A stretch of DNA of 64,000 nucleotides from a virus (taxonomy: Duplodnaviria; Caudoviricetes). The position numbers were made by a program, and so were the translations under genes. Positions 1 through 8,781 of this stretch are shown piece after piece (positions within the stretch are counted from its first letter, which is position 1; every line of letters starts with the position of its first letter). The DNA lies in the IMG/VR virus record IMGVR_UViG_3300028588_000015, positions 128,001 to 192,000 of that record, one strand, 5' to 3'. Under the pieces are notes generated by a model that was not told where the DNA came from, made no database searches, and saw only the letters and a list, made by a program, of their open reading frames with translations.

Positions 1-20
1 TCTATAAACCAGAAAGATAC

Positions 21-548
21 ATGGATCAGCAAGTTCTTAGCAATCTAAAACAACTGTTCGAGACGGTTGGCGATGGCGCCGAGAATCTATTGATTAACGC
101 CACTGTCGAAAACACGCGCATGCAGTTTGGCGAGATACAATCGCCGAACATAAAAGAAAATCCCAAATTTATCGTGGTTCATAACAACGCGGGGACTACG
201 CATTATTTCGGCGTGTTCGTCAATCTAAAAGAAACGAGCCAAGACAGCCTTGGTCGTTTCTATGGGTTTCCTGACTGCTGTATTGATTACTTCATGTCGG
301 ACGCATTCTGGGAAGACAGAAAGAATGACTATATTGCAGTTTTTGATGGTACAGGGTACATTGCGTGTCCGTGTTGCAATCAAAAGGTGAAAGACGATTT
401 GCAGGCAGAAATCAATGCCAAGCGCAGCGCTAGTGTACCCTTCCCAGAGGTTACGGATAGCAACTATTCATTAGTCTTGGAATATAGTGAATACGTCCTC
501 GCTTTCGCGCAAGGAAAACTTAATCCACCTGAGGATAAAAATACGTAG
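21..548 (+). CDS. Hypothetical Cys-rich phage protein, possibly Zn-binding
   Basis: 175-aa ORF with GFPDCCIDYF and GTGYIACPCC motifs, a pattern seen in small phage proteins. Confidence 0.7.
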   Translation: MDQQVLSNLKQLFETVGDGAENLLINATVENTRMQFGEIQSPNIKENPKFIVVHNNAGTTHYFGVFVNLKETSQDSLGRFYGFPDCCIDYFMSDAFWEDRKNDYIAVFDGTGYIACPCCNQKVKDDLQAEINAKRSASVPFPEVTDSNYSLVLEYSEYVLAFAQGKLNPPEDKNT

Positions 549-578
549 TCGCTATAATGAGTGAAGGAGGAAAGATGC

Positions 579-953
579 ATGGAACCAAAAATCATCGTGC
601 TCGACGCCGGCACGAAGGTACATGAGTTAAAGAAAGTGTGTGCAGAAGGGGTCCCTTATCTGTACGATTATCCACGCGACATCTGTTCTAACCTTGTGCG
701 CTGTGCTACCAACCGTGTGGCGCCCTATGGCGAACTGATCAAGTACGTGGCAAAAATCAAGCATGGTTCCAACGAAAACATGCCACAGGAGATGCTAGTG
801 CGATTAACCACTGTCGTAGGTGACCTGGGTTTTTCTTTGATCGAATCCATGAAACGATTAAAAACACACGACATTCAATTAGAAGAGGATGAATGGATGC
901 CGTACCACTTTCACAGTGCGCGGCGGAACGTCGTGGTACTGGCGAAAAACTGA
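579..953 (+). CDS. Hypothetical protein, paralog family A member 1
   Basis: SD aaggagg at 564-570 before ATG 579; N-terminal PKIIVLD and C-terminal Y...VVVL shared with the next four genes. Confidence 0.75.
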   Translation: MEPKIIVLDAGTKVHELKKVCAEGVPYLYDYPRDICSNLVRCATNRVAPYGELIKYVAKIKHGSNENMPQEMLVRLTTVVGDLGFSLIESMKRLKTHDIQLEEDEWMPYHFHSARRNVVVLAKN

Positions 954-960
954 GGTCACC

Positions 961-1341
961 ATGAAACAGCCTCGCTATGTGGTACTAGATTTGAAGGAAA
1001 AATTCCGGCGCTTTCGAAACTACGTGGCTGACATTCCAATGACTGTGGGTCTCGTGTCAGTATCGCAGCTACTTCAAGAAGTACTGGAGAGTATTCTCAG
1101 TGATTGCCAGTACTGGGATATATCCATTGGTACGATGTGTCGGAATTGTTTGCAGGTAGTGGACCGCTATGTGCAAAAAGGTGATTTCGAGCCGCGCTTA
1201 GACCTTTACACCGTAAGCACCGAGTTAGCGTTTGTTGTTAGACAGAAGGTGGAGAAACACAGCCTCGAAGAAGGTGACCGCTTTTTGTATGAATACAAGC
1301 AGCACAGTCCAGACGGACTCTTGGTGCTTAAACTGACGTGA
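961..1341 (+). CDS. Hypothetical protein, paralog family A member 2
   Basis: MKQPRYVVLDL start; gagg SD; C-terminal DGLLVLK. Confidence 0.75.
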   Translation: MKQPRYVVLDLKEKFRRFRNYVADIPMTVGLVSVSQLLQEVLESILSDCQYWDISIGTMCRNCLQVVDRYVQKGDFEPRLDLYTVSTELAFVVRQKVEKHSLEEGDRFLYEYKQHSPDGLLVLKLT

Positions 1342-1374
1342 AAGCCATACATGACATGATCGAATGGGGGGAAC

Positions 1375-1752
1375 ATGCGGCAGCCTAAAGTCATCATCCT
1401 CGATTTGCGCGAAGCCAGTGGTGAATTTTTAGAGAACTTGAAAACAGAATTTGCGGCACCCCAAGAAAGCTGTTTGCAAGCCCTCACAGGCACGCTCGAA
1501 GGCGCTTTCATGACAGGCATCGGGGCATTGGCGTTTCGCTCCAATGAAAGTCGAAAGTTCTTTTCGAGTACGCCTGTCGACAGTGAACGTATGTTGTTTC
1601 GTTTGTACAAGACGCGCCTAGTCAATGAACTCGGTACCAAGATGTTGCAGCACGGTATCGTAGACGTCGATGACGGTGACTACTACTTAAGTGGTGTCGT
1701 ACAACAGGGTGTTCTTGTACTCAAAGCAAAGGACACTCATGGTAAGACCTAA
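1375..1752 (+). CDS. Hypothetical protein, paralog family A member 3
   Basis: MRQPKVIILDL start; C-terminal GVLVLK. Confidence 0.75.
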   Translation: MRQPKVIILDLREASGEFLENLKTEFAAPQESCLQALTGTLEGAFMTGIGALAFRSNESRKFFSSTPVDSERMLFRLYKTRLVNELGTKMLQHGIVDVDDGDYYLSGVVQQGVLVLKAKDTHGKT

Positions 1753-2107
1753 GATCGTTTTGCTTGATACCGCAGCGGTCTTAGAGCGTTTCCAAGACCA
1801 CGTAGGGGATTACTTCGACGAGGAAGAGGAAACGCTCCTAATGACCATTGTGAGGCAAATCTGCGAGCTTTTAGAAGACTGGGACACCGCAGACTTTTTA
1901 CTCCGAGAAGTGGCCAGCGATTTGATCGAGTCACTCAACCTCAAAGAGGGGTCAGAGAAAGCGGTTGCGCTGCGTAAGGGTGTGCTGGAAATCGCGCACA
2001 CCATTATCGGTAAAATCGAGCAACACCGCTTGCTCGAAGATGGTATCCTGTATTACAACTTCAGTGGTATGCATGGGTACAATGTTGTATTACGTTCTAT
2101 TTTTTAG
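1739..2107 (+). CDS. Hypothetical protein, paralog family A member 4
   Basis: MVRPKIVLLD start at ATG 1739; HRLLEDGILYYNF...VVL C-terminus. Confidence 0.75.
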   Translation: MVRPKIVLLDTAAVLERFQDHVGDYFDEEEETLLMTIVRQICELLEDWDTADFLLREVASDLIESLNLKEGSEKAVALRKGVLEIAHTIIGKIEQHRLLEDGILYYNFSGMHGYNVVLRSIF

Positions 2108-2115
2108 GAGGTATT

Positions 2116-2574
2116 ATGGTGCCACATATTCCCGGTGCCGTGATTCTGGATATACGGCCGGCGTATCGTCAATTTATCAAAGAAGCCAACCCATTTCTCA
2201 TCGGCACCGATGTTAAACCTGAAGCAATTATTGAAGAGATTTGGGAAGCCTTCTTTGACAAAGACACGGTCGATGATCGTTTACTTGACACGGTTTGCGA
2301 CATCGGACGACGTTCTATTTTTGAACGCGCCAATAACGATTCAGAATCTTTCGTACATGTTCTCACTGACTTCGCACAGGTCATGCAGGCGCGGCTTGAG
2401 AGTCATCGTCTGTACGATGGACGCGGTTATCTGCCATTCAATATCGAGGTCGAGCCAGACGGTTTGATTGTTTTGAAACGTGATGACCATCTCGACCAGA
2501 TCCAGCAAGAATGGGACAAGGGCCAAGAAGAAGTAGAAGAGAACCCAGATGACCTTGAATACCTCGACGAATGA
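2116..2574 (+). CDS. Hypothetical protein, paralog family A member 5, with acidic tail
   Basis: ggagg SD; PGAVILD; HRLYDGRGYLPF...DGLIVLK; D/E-rich C-terminus. Confidence 0.78.
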   Translation: MVPHIPGAVILDIRPAYRQFIKEANPFLIGTDVKPEAIIEEIWEAFFDKDTVDDRLLDTVCDIGRRSIFERANNDSESFVHVLTDFAQVMQARLESHRLYDGRGYLPFNIEVEPDGLIVLKRDDHLDQIQQEWDKGQEEVEENPDDLEYLDE

Positions 2575-2620
2575 TATAGGTTCATGTATTCAGTGAACCC
2601 AATCCACTAGGGACGCTGTC

Positions 2621-2746
2621 ATGAAGTCATTCGCAGGTAAAATGTTGTTCTGGTTTATCGGTAGCTTCGTTGCCGGTAGTTTTCTTATTCTCTACGCCTG
2701 TACCGACCAAGCCGATCAGCGGGCGCTGGAGTCATCTTCGCAGTAA
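2621..2746 (+). CDS. Small 41-aa membrane protein (not in ORF track)
   Basis: Hand translation MKSFAGKMLFWFIGSFVAGSFLILYACTDQADQRALESSSQ; one hydrophobic segment; ends just before a terminator. Confidence 0.55.
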   Translation: MKSFAGKMLFWFIGSFVAGSFLILYACTDQADQRALESSSQ

Positions 2747-2752
2747 AGCGGC

Positions 2753-2808
2753 ATACACCCCCTCTCTACCCTTCCCAATAACGGGATGGCTGTAGAGAGG
2801 GGGTGTAT
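2753..2808. terminator. Bidirectional hairpin between convergent genes
   Basis: atacaccccctctctac / gtagagagggggtgtat inverted repeat flanked by CGGCATA (2749) and TATGCC (2815). Confidence 0.8.
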
Positions 2809-2845
2809 TGCTTTTATGCCTTATTTTTTGTTTCCTTGGTGCAAC

Positions 2846-3268
2846 TTACTCTTTGATGTACTGATCGAACTCACGGTCGATCAGGTGGCCTTTTTTGCTA
2901 CCGCCGATCTTTTTCTTGAACCCAGCTTTCGTGAAGACAGCAATCGATGCATGGTTATCGGACTCGATCCATGCACGGCCTTTCTTGTTCATATAGAAAA
3001 TCGTCAAAAAGCCAACGGCTACACCTTTGCCACGGTACTTGGGATCAACGAAGATTGAGTCGGTCTGGTAGTACCCATCTGATTTTCGTTTTACCCAAGC
3101 CAAACCCGCTAACTCACCCTCATGGTAGATCAGGTGCATATTGGAGTCAGGCTCTTCGAGAACGCTCTCACCCAAGAAGCGATCCTTCGACGCCATGCGG
3201 ATAAGTTCGCGGATGCGATCGTCTTCCTTGTGGCCTTCTAGCGCCATGCGCAAGTATTTACTCATCAT
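2846..3268 (-). CDS. GNAT-family acetyltransferase
   Basis: Acetyl-CoA motif A IFVDPKYRGKGVA and motif B N.ASIAVFTKAGF; ATGA overlap with upstream gene; N-terminal leader ending in ALE. Confidence 0.85.
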   Translation of the reverse strand: MMSKYLRMALEGHKEDDRIRELIRMASKDRFLGESVLEEPDSNMHLIYHEGELAGLAWVKRKSDGYYQTDSIFVDPKYRGKGVAVGFLTIFYMNKKGRAWIESDNHASIAVFTKAGFKKKIGGSKKGHLIDREFDQYIKE

Positions 3269-4002
3269 CGTGCCCAAGCCACGAGTGGATTGTCGTGACT
3301 CAACATGGCAGCGCGCAAGACCTTCTCGCCCATGTATTCCCCCTTGGTGATCGACACGGCTGTGAACTCTTGGTCGTGTTTCCAGCTTTCGGTGTTTTGG
3401 TCCACCGGGCCTTCGATCTTCCAGTACCCCTTGTCGAGGTGAATATTCTTGGAGAACCGAATTCCACCCTCCTTCACGATCTCCGCGTAAAAGGTCATGC
3501 GACCCTGCGGGGTCTTTCTTGAACGCGCCACGTACTGCAAGGAAACACAGAAGAACCGCCCCGCAGTCTCAGGAATGAATTCCGTCGTCTCGGGGCTGTA
3601 TGACACCATCCAGTGTTCATCCGAGGCCGCTTGATCGTGCACCATGCTCTTGTTGGGTTTGAGCGCAGCACCGAAGGGGAGGGCATAAATCTTGTACCCG
3701 CCTTTATAGTCCTTCTCTTCCCCGTCGGAAGCATACTCGAAGAAGTCGCTCTCGGTAGCTGCGTAACCGAGGATACAGCCCAACAGCGTCGGTGCCACAT
3801 AGACCCGTGTGATGTCCCGGCATTCGCTGGGTGCACCCCGCAGGGTCAGCTGCGGGATGAATTTGCGAATGTTGGTGTTGGTACTGATGTGGATGAAGTA
3901 GTCGATTCCCACTTCCTCCGGCGTCACCACCGTGGTGTTCTTTTGCACCCGGGCACTACAGTGCTCTAGGTGTTTTTCTAACTTATCCCGATCATTGGCC
4001 AT
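3265..4002 (-). CDS. Hypothetical phage protein, possible ADP-ribosyltransferase-like fold
   Basis: 245-aa ORF; YFIHIS...RVYVAPT...DEHWMV pattern; function is inference only. Confidence 0.6.
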   Translation of the reverse strand: MANDRDKLEKHLEHCSARVQKNTTVVTPEEVGIDYFIHISTNTNIRKFIPQLTLRGAPSECRDITRVYVAPTLLGCILGYAATESDFFEYASDGEEKDYKGGYKIYALPFGAALKPNKSMVHDQAASDEHWMVSYSPETTEFIPETAGRFFCVSLQYVARSRKTPQGRMTFYAEIVKEGGIRFSKNIHLDKGYWKIEGPVDQNTESWKHDQEFTAVSITKGEYMGEKVLRAAMLSHDNPLVAWAR

Positions 4003-4014
4003 AATTGTCCTTTT

Positions 4015-5565
4015 CTAGTGCATGCTGGCAGTTTCCCAAAACTCTTCGCCACCGCCATCAGCCGACAACGCACCGCCACCCACACGTGACAGCGTCGAGT
4101 CTTCTTTACCCACGTCATCGCGCAGTCCACCGATGGGATGGAATCCTATCACCACATGATGAAACTCTTCCGGCAGCGGATCGTTCACACGCTGCTTACC
4201 ACGCTGGATCGTAAGGTAAGATCGCCCGTTGAACTTTTCGATGTGGATGAAGATTTCGCAATCGAATTCGTTGTCGAGCGACGCACAGCCCTTGTAGTAA
4301 CCCTTGCCGACCAGTTCCTTGACAAAGCCCGAAGTGTTGAGGCGCAAGATATTACGCTTGGCATCGGTCGAGATTTGGTGCGGGGTGATCAGGGTGATCT
4401 TACGGGTGTTGCAGAATTCGCGCATCCGGGCAAACATGTCTTGCATGTCACCGCCAGCGACACCACCGCCGAAGCAACCGATCGCCGGTACCAGGCCAAG
4501 ATAGTCGAGGATCAGGGCGTGGATTTCGTAACCCATGCTCTCGTACTTGATGATCTCGTTACAGATGTCGCGGTACGTCATCTGCTTGGCCTTCATTCGC
4601 AGCATCTTGACTTTGTAGCCGTTGACACCCATCTTCAGGCGCACGTACTTGGCGATGTCTTCTGCGGAAAGACCTTGCAAATCGGCCTTCTGGCCGGTTT
4701 CATTCTCGTACAGCGACTTGTACAGGAACTCGTAGTTCTTCTCCAACGTATCTTCAAACGAGATACGCAGGATGAGTGGCTGCTTAGTGTCGGTCGCATC
4801 AAACATGAACGGCTTGTTGTACAACGCGATGTGCTTCATGAGGTTCAGCGTAAACCCCGTTTTGAAATTGTGTTGCAGCGCCGCCACGCACACCAAGTCA
4901 CCACGACGCATGCCGCCTGAGAGCATGCGGTTCACACCCTGCCAGCCGGTCTTGAGCAGGGATTCGCCGCTTTCTTCCATCTGGACTTGGGTACCGATTG
5001 CCGTCATCTCGTCGATGTTGTCCAGATCGATCTCAGCCACTAGCGCCGGGTGCTTGGTGTTGGCACTGTCAATCGTGTAGGGGTCGAGTTCCCCTTGCAA
5101 CTGTTGCAGGTACTTGGCCCAGTTGTCGATCTTCTCCGGTTCGAACTTGGCGGTACGGGCAAACTTCTGGAGAATCTCTTGCGACTTTTCAAACGCAAAA
5201 TGGTTGTTGAGTTTGCGGTTCAGGTTGATGCACGTCTTTTGCAGCGTGCGCTCGTCCATGTCGTGTTCGATACCGTCACGGACGGCTTCGTACGAGATGT
5301 TGTCTTCGCGCAGGTTCATGCGCAGTACTTGCAGCATCTCGGTCAGTTCGTAACGATGCGTTGGTGGGTCATTACACATCATGATGGCCGTGTCCTTGAG
5401 GCCTTGCAAAATGTCGCGCTCACTGTCCACACCGAGGTTAATCTCGGGCATCTTAATACGTTCCAGAACTTCGCGCACCAGCTTGTCCGATCGATCGCCG
5501 TTGTTCAGTTGACTCTGGCGATAGAGTAGGGTAATGCAGGTGATCAAGAGGAGTTTGTTCGTCAT
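4015..5565 (-). CDS. dnaB: DnaB-like replicative helicase (phiKZ gp118-like)
   Basis: LKTGWQGVNRML..G.RRGD; divergent Walker A ALQHNFKT; LILDYL Walker B; TPHQIS; QRGKQR; lies divergent from the capsid operon as in phiKZ; start placed at MTNKLLL. Confidence 0.88.
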   Translation of the reverse strand: MTNKLLLITCITLLYRQSQLNNGDRSDKLVREVLERIKMPEINLGVDSERDILQGLKDTAIMMCNDPPTHRYELTEMLQVLRMNLREDNISYEAVRDGIEHDMDERTLQKTCINLNRKLNNHFAFEKSQEILQKFARTAKFEPEKIDNWAKYLQQLQGELDPYTIDSANTKHPALVAEIDLDNIDEMTAIGTQVQMEESGESLLKTGWQGVNRMLSGGMRRGDLVCVAALQHNFKTGFTLNLMKHIALYNKPFMFDATDTKQPLILRISFEDTLEKNYEFLYKSLYENETGQKADLQGLSAEDIAKYVRLKMGVNGYKVKMLRMKAKQMTYRDICNEIIKYESMGYEIHALILDYLGLVPAIGCFGGGVAGGDMQDMFARMREFCNTRKITLITPHQISTDAKRNILRLNTSGFVKELVGKGYYKGCASLDNEFDCEIFIHIEKFNGRSYLTIQRGKQRVNDPLPEEFHHVVIGFHPIGGLRDDVGKEDSTLSRVGGGALSADGGGEEFWETASMH

Positions 5566-5712
5566 TTTCTTAAGACTTTCGTTTTTCGTGGCACTATTTA
5601 TTGTAAGGCTGTCTGCTCGGCGCAAGGTTTTCTTAGGATGACTCTTGGCTTCGTTCATACATGGAGTAACCCATTTTTTAAATTACTGTTCTACTACTTA
5701 GGGGGTTCTCAA

Positions 5713-6345
5713 GTGAGCATTGGGAATGTGAAAAACAAGCTTTCTTCGGTGATTTTTATCCCGTATTGGATTGCCGAAACCATCCAGCGAATGGGTCTGG
5801 CGTTGAGCGATGTCGTGGACTACGAAAAGATTCGCCCGACGCTCTCCATGCATGATATGGCAGGCTTCATGGCCGTGCAGTATGAATCCGACCGTTTGCT
5901 GTATTCCGGATCGCCCGGCGACGGTCCGGTCAGCTGTATGGGAAACGACCTCATCACGGTGTGGCGGTTCCTCACCCACGCTTGGCCGGTTGAGCAAGGC
6001 ACGTTCAGTGTCGGCAAAAAAACGTCGGAAGATTTCAACCGGACGTACGAATATGCGGGCGATGCCACCGTCAAAGGCGACGTTGTATCCAGATTGTATG
6101 GACAAGCTGTAAAGCAAGCGCGCTATGACCATGCCTTCGATGTGGTCAATCTGGCACCGCAAGTGGTCGGGGTGGTTGTTTATCCCGGTTACTTTGACCA
6201 AGCCAAAATCGATCTGTCCCTGCAACACCAATTGATCTGTTCCTTGATGCAAGTATTTTATGCACAAGGTGCGCCCTACGAACAAATCGCGGCTACCGCA
6301 ATTTATCGTAGACATCTCGAACTATTATCTGGCGAGCAAAGCTAA
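5713..6345 (+). CDS. Putative virion protein (phiKZ gp119-like position)
   Basis: Lies between helicase and MCP; GTG 5713 after ggggg SD-like; ORF track start 5638 is probably too far upstream. Confidence 0.65.
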   Translation: MSIGNVKNKLSSVIFIPYWIAETIQRMGLALSDVVDYEKIRPTLSMHDMAGFMAVQYESDRLLYSGSPGDGPVSCMGNDLITVWRFLTHAWPVEQGTFSVGKKTSEDFNRTYEYAGDATVKGDVVSRLYGQAVKQARYDHAFDVVNLAPQVVGVVVYPGYFDQAKIDLSLQHQLICSLMQVFYAQGAPYEQIAATAIYRRHLELLSGEQS

Positions 6346-6410
6346 GTAATACTTTGAGGCCACATGCCCCAAAAGCACATTTCCATTAACTAGGATAAGG
6401 TTCCTGAACC

Positions 6411-8606
6411 ATGTCGAAATTCTCCACCAAAGCCGGCGGTCAACGCACCGACGCTTCCCAAGCAAACCTGACCGGCCTGGCGACCATGGTGTCGCAACTG
6501 AAAGCCGACACCCAACACAAGCCGGGCGCCACGCTGGTACCGGCCTCCGTCGCCCAGACCGTCGTCGCCATGGAAGGTTACAGCGACGCCGACGTCAACG
6601 ACATGACCAGCGCCCTGAAGGGCCTGAAGTCGTCGCTGGAAAGCTATTTCGGCGGTTTCCAGATCCAGCCGACCGAACACCAGAAAGAAGCCGCCATGTT
6701 CGGCGCCGCCCTGGCTGCGGACCCGAAAGGCTCGATGAACTGGAACGCGGGCAAGAAGCAGCAGCCGGACGACAACACCGTCTACGTGAACCCGGTCGGC
6801 GGCGACATGTTCTACGAAACGCCGATGAAGAAGGCGATGGAATCGTACGACGAGCGCGACAACACCCACGTCACCACCTACTCGACGACCTACAATCTGA
6901 TGGCCTCGCGCCAGGGCCCGTTCGCCGAGATGTTCTTCCCGACCGTCATCGTCGCGCCCGACCAAGTGGGCTTCGAAACCACCATCCGCCTGAACAGCGT
7001 GATGTCCGAAGTCAAGTCGAGCATCGACGGTTCGGCCGCCGAATTCAACAAGAAGAACCTGATCCAGGCGACCATCAACCCGGACATCTTCACCCCGGAC
7101 CAGACCAAGGTCGTGCCGGTGTACCGTGACGAATCGAAAGCCAAGTTCGTCGATGCGTCGCTGATCACCCCGTACGACGTCCTGGTCGACACCGAGAAGG
7201 TCAAGTCCTCGGCCGTCAAGTTCGGCGTGCGCTTCGGCCTGATGCCGATCAGCCAGTCCGACGCCCTGCTGAAAACCGGCACCATCGACTACGGCGATGC
7301 GCTGGACACCAACGTCGAACTGGAAACCGTGTTCGTCAAGCTGAGCGGCACCGTCGGCGGCAACGCCACCACCGAAGTGTTCAAGGTCTCGACCAAGCGT
7401 CTGCCGACCGCGGTGTTCACCAAGCGCGTGCAGGGCCTGGATCGCGAAATGAACCTCGTGTTCAGCAACGATGCCTTCACCTTCACCAAGGACACCAAGA
7501 CCGCTGGCGGCAATGCGTCGGCACTGCTGGCCGTCCTGGGCACCAACCGCGTGCGCGTGCGCCTGGCTTCGACCGGTACCTGCAACCTGCAAACCTCGGA
7601 AACCCAGCTGATCGCTCACCCGATCGAAGTCGTGGCTGTCCTCGACGAAAACAACGAGCGTCAACCGCTGGACTCCGGCGCCACCGGCACCGCAGCCACC
7701 CTGGTCAACGGCGGTGAACTGATCGGCTTCACGCTGACCGCCCACCGCGTCAACACCAACCAGCGTCAACGTGGCCAGCTGCTGGACACCGTGTACTACA
7801 ACCAGGTCTACACCGTGCCGCTGCGTGCGCCGATGTCGATCCCGCGTCCGCGTACTGCCGGCGAAGAGAACGACGCAGCCGACCTGGCCGCACTGATCAC
7901 CGCCACGCACATCAAGATCAACAACGCCGCCATCGCGACGCTGCTGGAAGCTGCGGAATTCCTGGAAGAGTACTACGACGCCCGCGACACCTTCGAAACC
8001 CAACCGGCCATCCTGGGCGTGGCGCGTCACCTGGTGACCGCGTACTTCAAGCGCACCACGATCCACCTGCCGGACGTGATCCAGTCGCTGACCTCGAGCG
8101 ACAAGCGCGAGAACATCCAGCAAGCCATCGTCGGCGTGCTGCGCGACCAGGTGTTCAACGCGTACCGTGACTCGGGCTGGCAAGCGGCTGCGGACATGCT
8201 GGCTGGCGGTGACGGCGGCAAGCCGGTCATCCTGATCGGTACCGACCCGGTGATCGCTTCCTGGCTGGCGGTGACGGGCGACAACCGTCTGCTGGGTATC
8301 GACGGTTACGAAGTCGAAGTCCAATCGACGCTGAACAAGTACATGCGCGGCAAGATGATCGTCGCCTTCGGCCAGAAGAACTCGACCGGCAAGATCAACC
8401 CGATGCACTTCGGCAACATGGCCTACAAGCCGGAACTGACCCTGGTCCTGCCGACATACCGCAACGGCCAGACCAGCAAGGAACTGATGGTGGCGCCGTC
8501 GTACCTGCACGTGGTCAACTGCCCGATCATGATGGTATTCGACGTGACCGGTATCAGCCAAGTCGCAAGCGGCCAAGTGCCGGTGCCGACCAAAGAAGCC
8601 GCGTAA
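6411..8606 (+). CDS. Major capsid protein (phiKZ gp120-like)
   Basis: 731 aa; AMESYDERD...YNLMASRQGPFAEMFFPTV and FGNMAYKPEL motifs; very strong codon bias; AME/SLE protease-type sites; terminators downstream. Confidence 0.93.
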   Translation: MSKFSTKAGGQRTDASQANLTGLATMVSQLKADTQHKPGATLVPASVAQTVVAMEGYSDADVNDMTSALKGLKSSLESYFGGFQIQPTEHQKEAAMFGAALAADPKGSMNWNAGKKQQPDDNTVYVNPVGGDMFYETPMKKAMESYDERDNTHVTTYSTTYNLMASRQGPFAEMFFPTVIVAPDQVGFETTIRLNSVMSEVKSSIDGSAAEFNKKNLIQATINPDIFTPDQTKVVPVYRDESKAKFVDASLITPYDVLVDTEKVKSSAVKFGVRFGLMPISQSDALLKTGTIDYGDALDTNVELETVFVKLSGTVGGNATTEVFKVSTKRLPTAVFTKRVQGLDREMNLVFSNDAFTFTKDTKTAGGNASALLAVLGTNRVRVRLASTGTCNLQTSETQLIAHPIEVVAVLDENNERQPLDSGATGTAATLVNGGELIGFTLTAHRVNTNQRQRGQLLDTVYYNQVYTVPLRAPMSIPRPRTAGEENDAADLAALITATHIKINNAAIATLLEAAEFLEEYYDARDTFETQPAILGVARHLVTAYFKRTTIHLPDVIQSLTSSDKRENIQQAIVGVLRDQVFNAYRDSGWQAAADMLAGGDGGKPVILIGTDPVIASWLAVTGDNRLLGIDGYEVEVQSTLNKYMRGKMIVAFGQKNSTGKINPMHFGNMAYKPELTLVLPTYRNGQTSKELMVAPSYLHVVNCPIMMVFDVTGISQVASGQVPVPTKEAA

Positions 8607-8628
8607 GCGCTTCCGGCACAACATGCTG

Positions 8629-8650
8629 GTACGCCACTTCGGTGGCGTAC
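8629..8650 (+). terminator. UUCG-loop hairpin after MCP
   Basis: gtacgccac-ttcg-gtggcgtac; weak U tract. Confidence 0.65.
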
Positions 8651-8680
8651 TGGTTTGTGAGATGTCAGCTTTTGGGGCTG

Positions 8681-8723
8681 CCCCTCGTTCTCGGGCGCGC
8701 TCGGGAGCGAGGGGTTTATGCCG
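8681..8723 (+). terminator. Second hairpin after MCP, followed by TATGCCG
   Basis: cccctcgttctcg...cgggagcgagggg then tttatgccg. Confidence 0.7.
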
Positions 8724-8781
8724 CTTTATTAAAATACCGGGTCTATCTATCTCGTAGTCAATTACCTACTGGAGAATACGC

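Noticed and set aside
6390-8624. 744-aa antisense ORF over the capsid gene
   Set aside because: Shadow ORF produced by strong codon bias; H/R/V/G-rich nonsense composition; no SD
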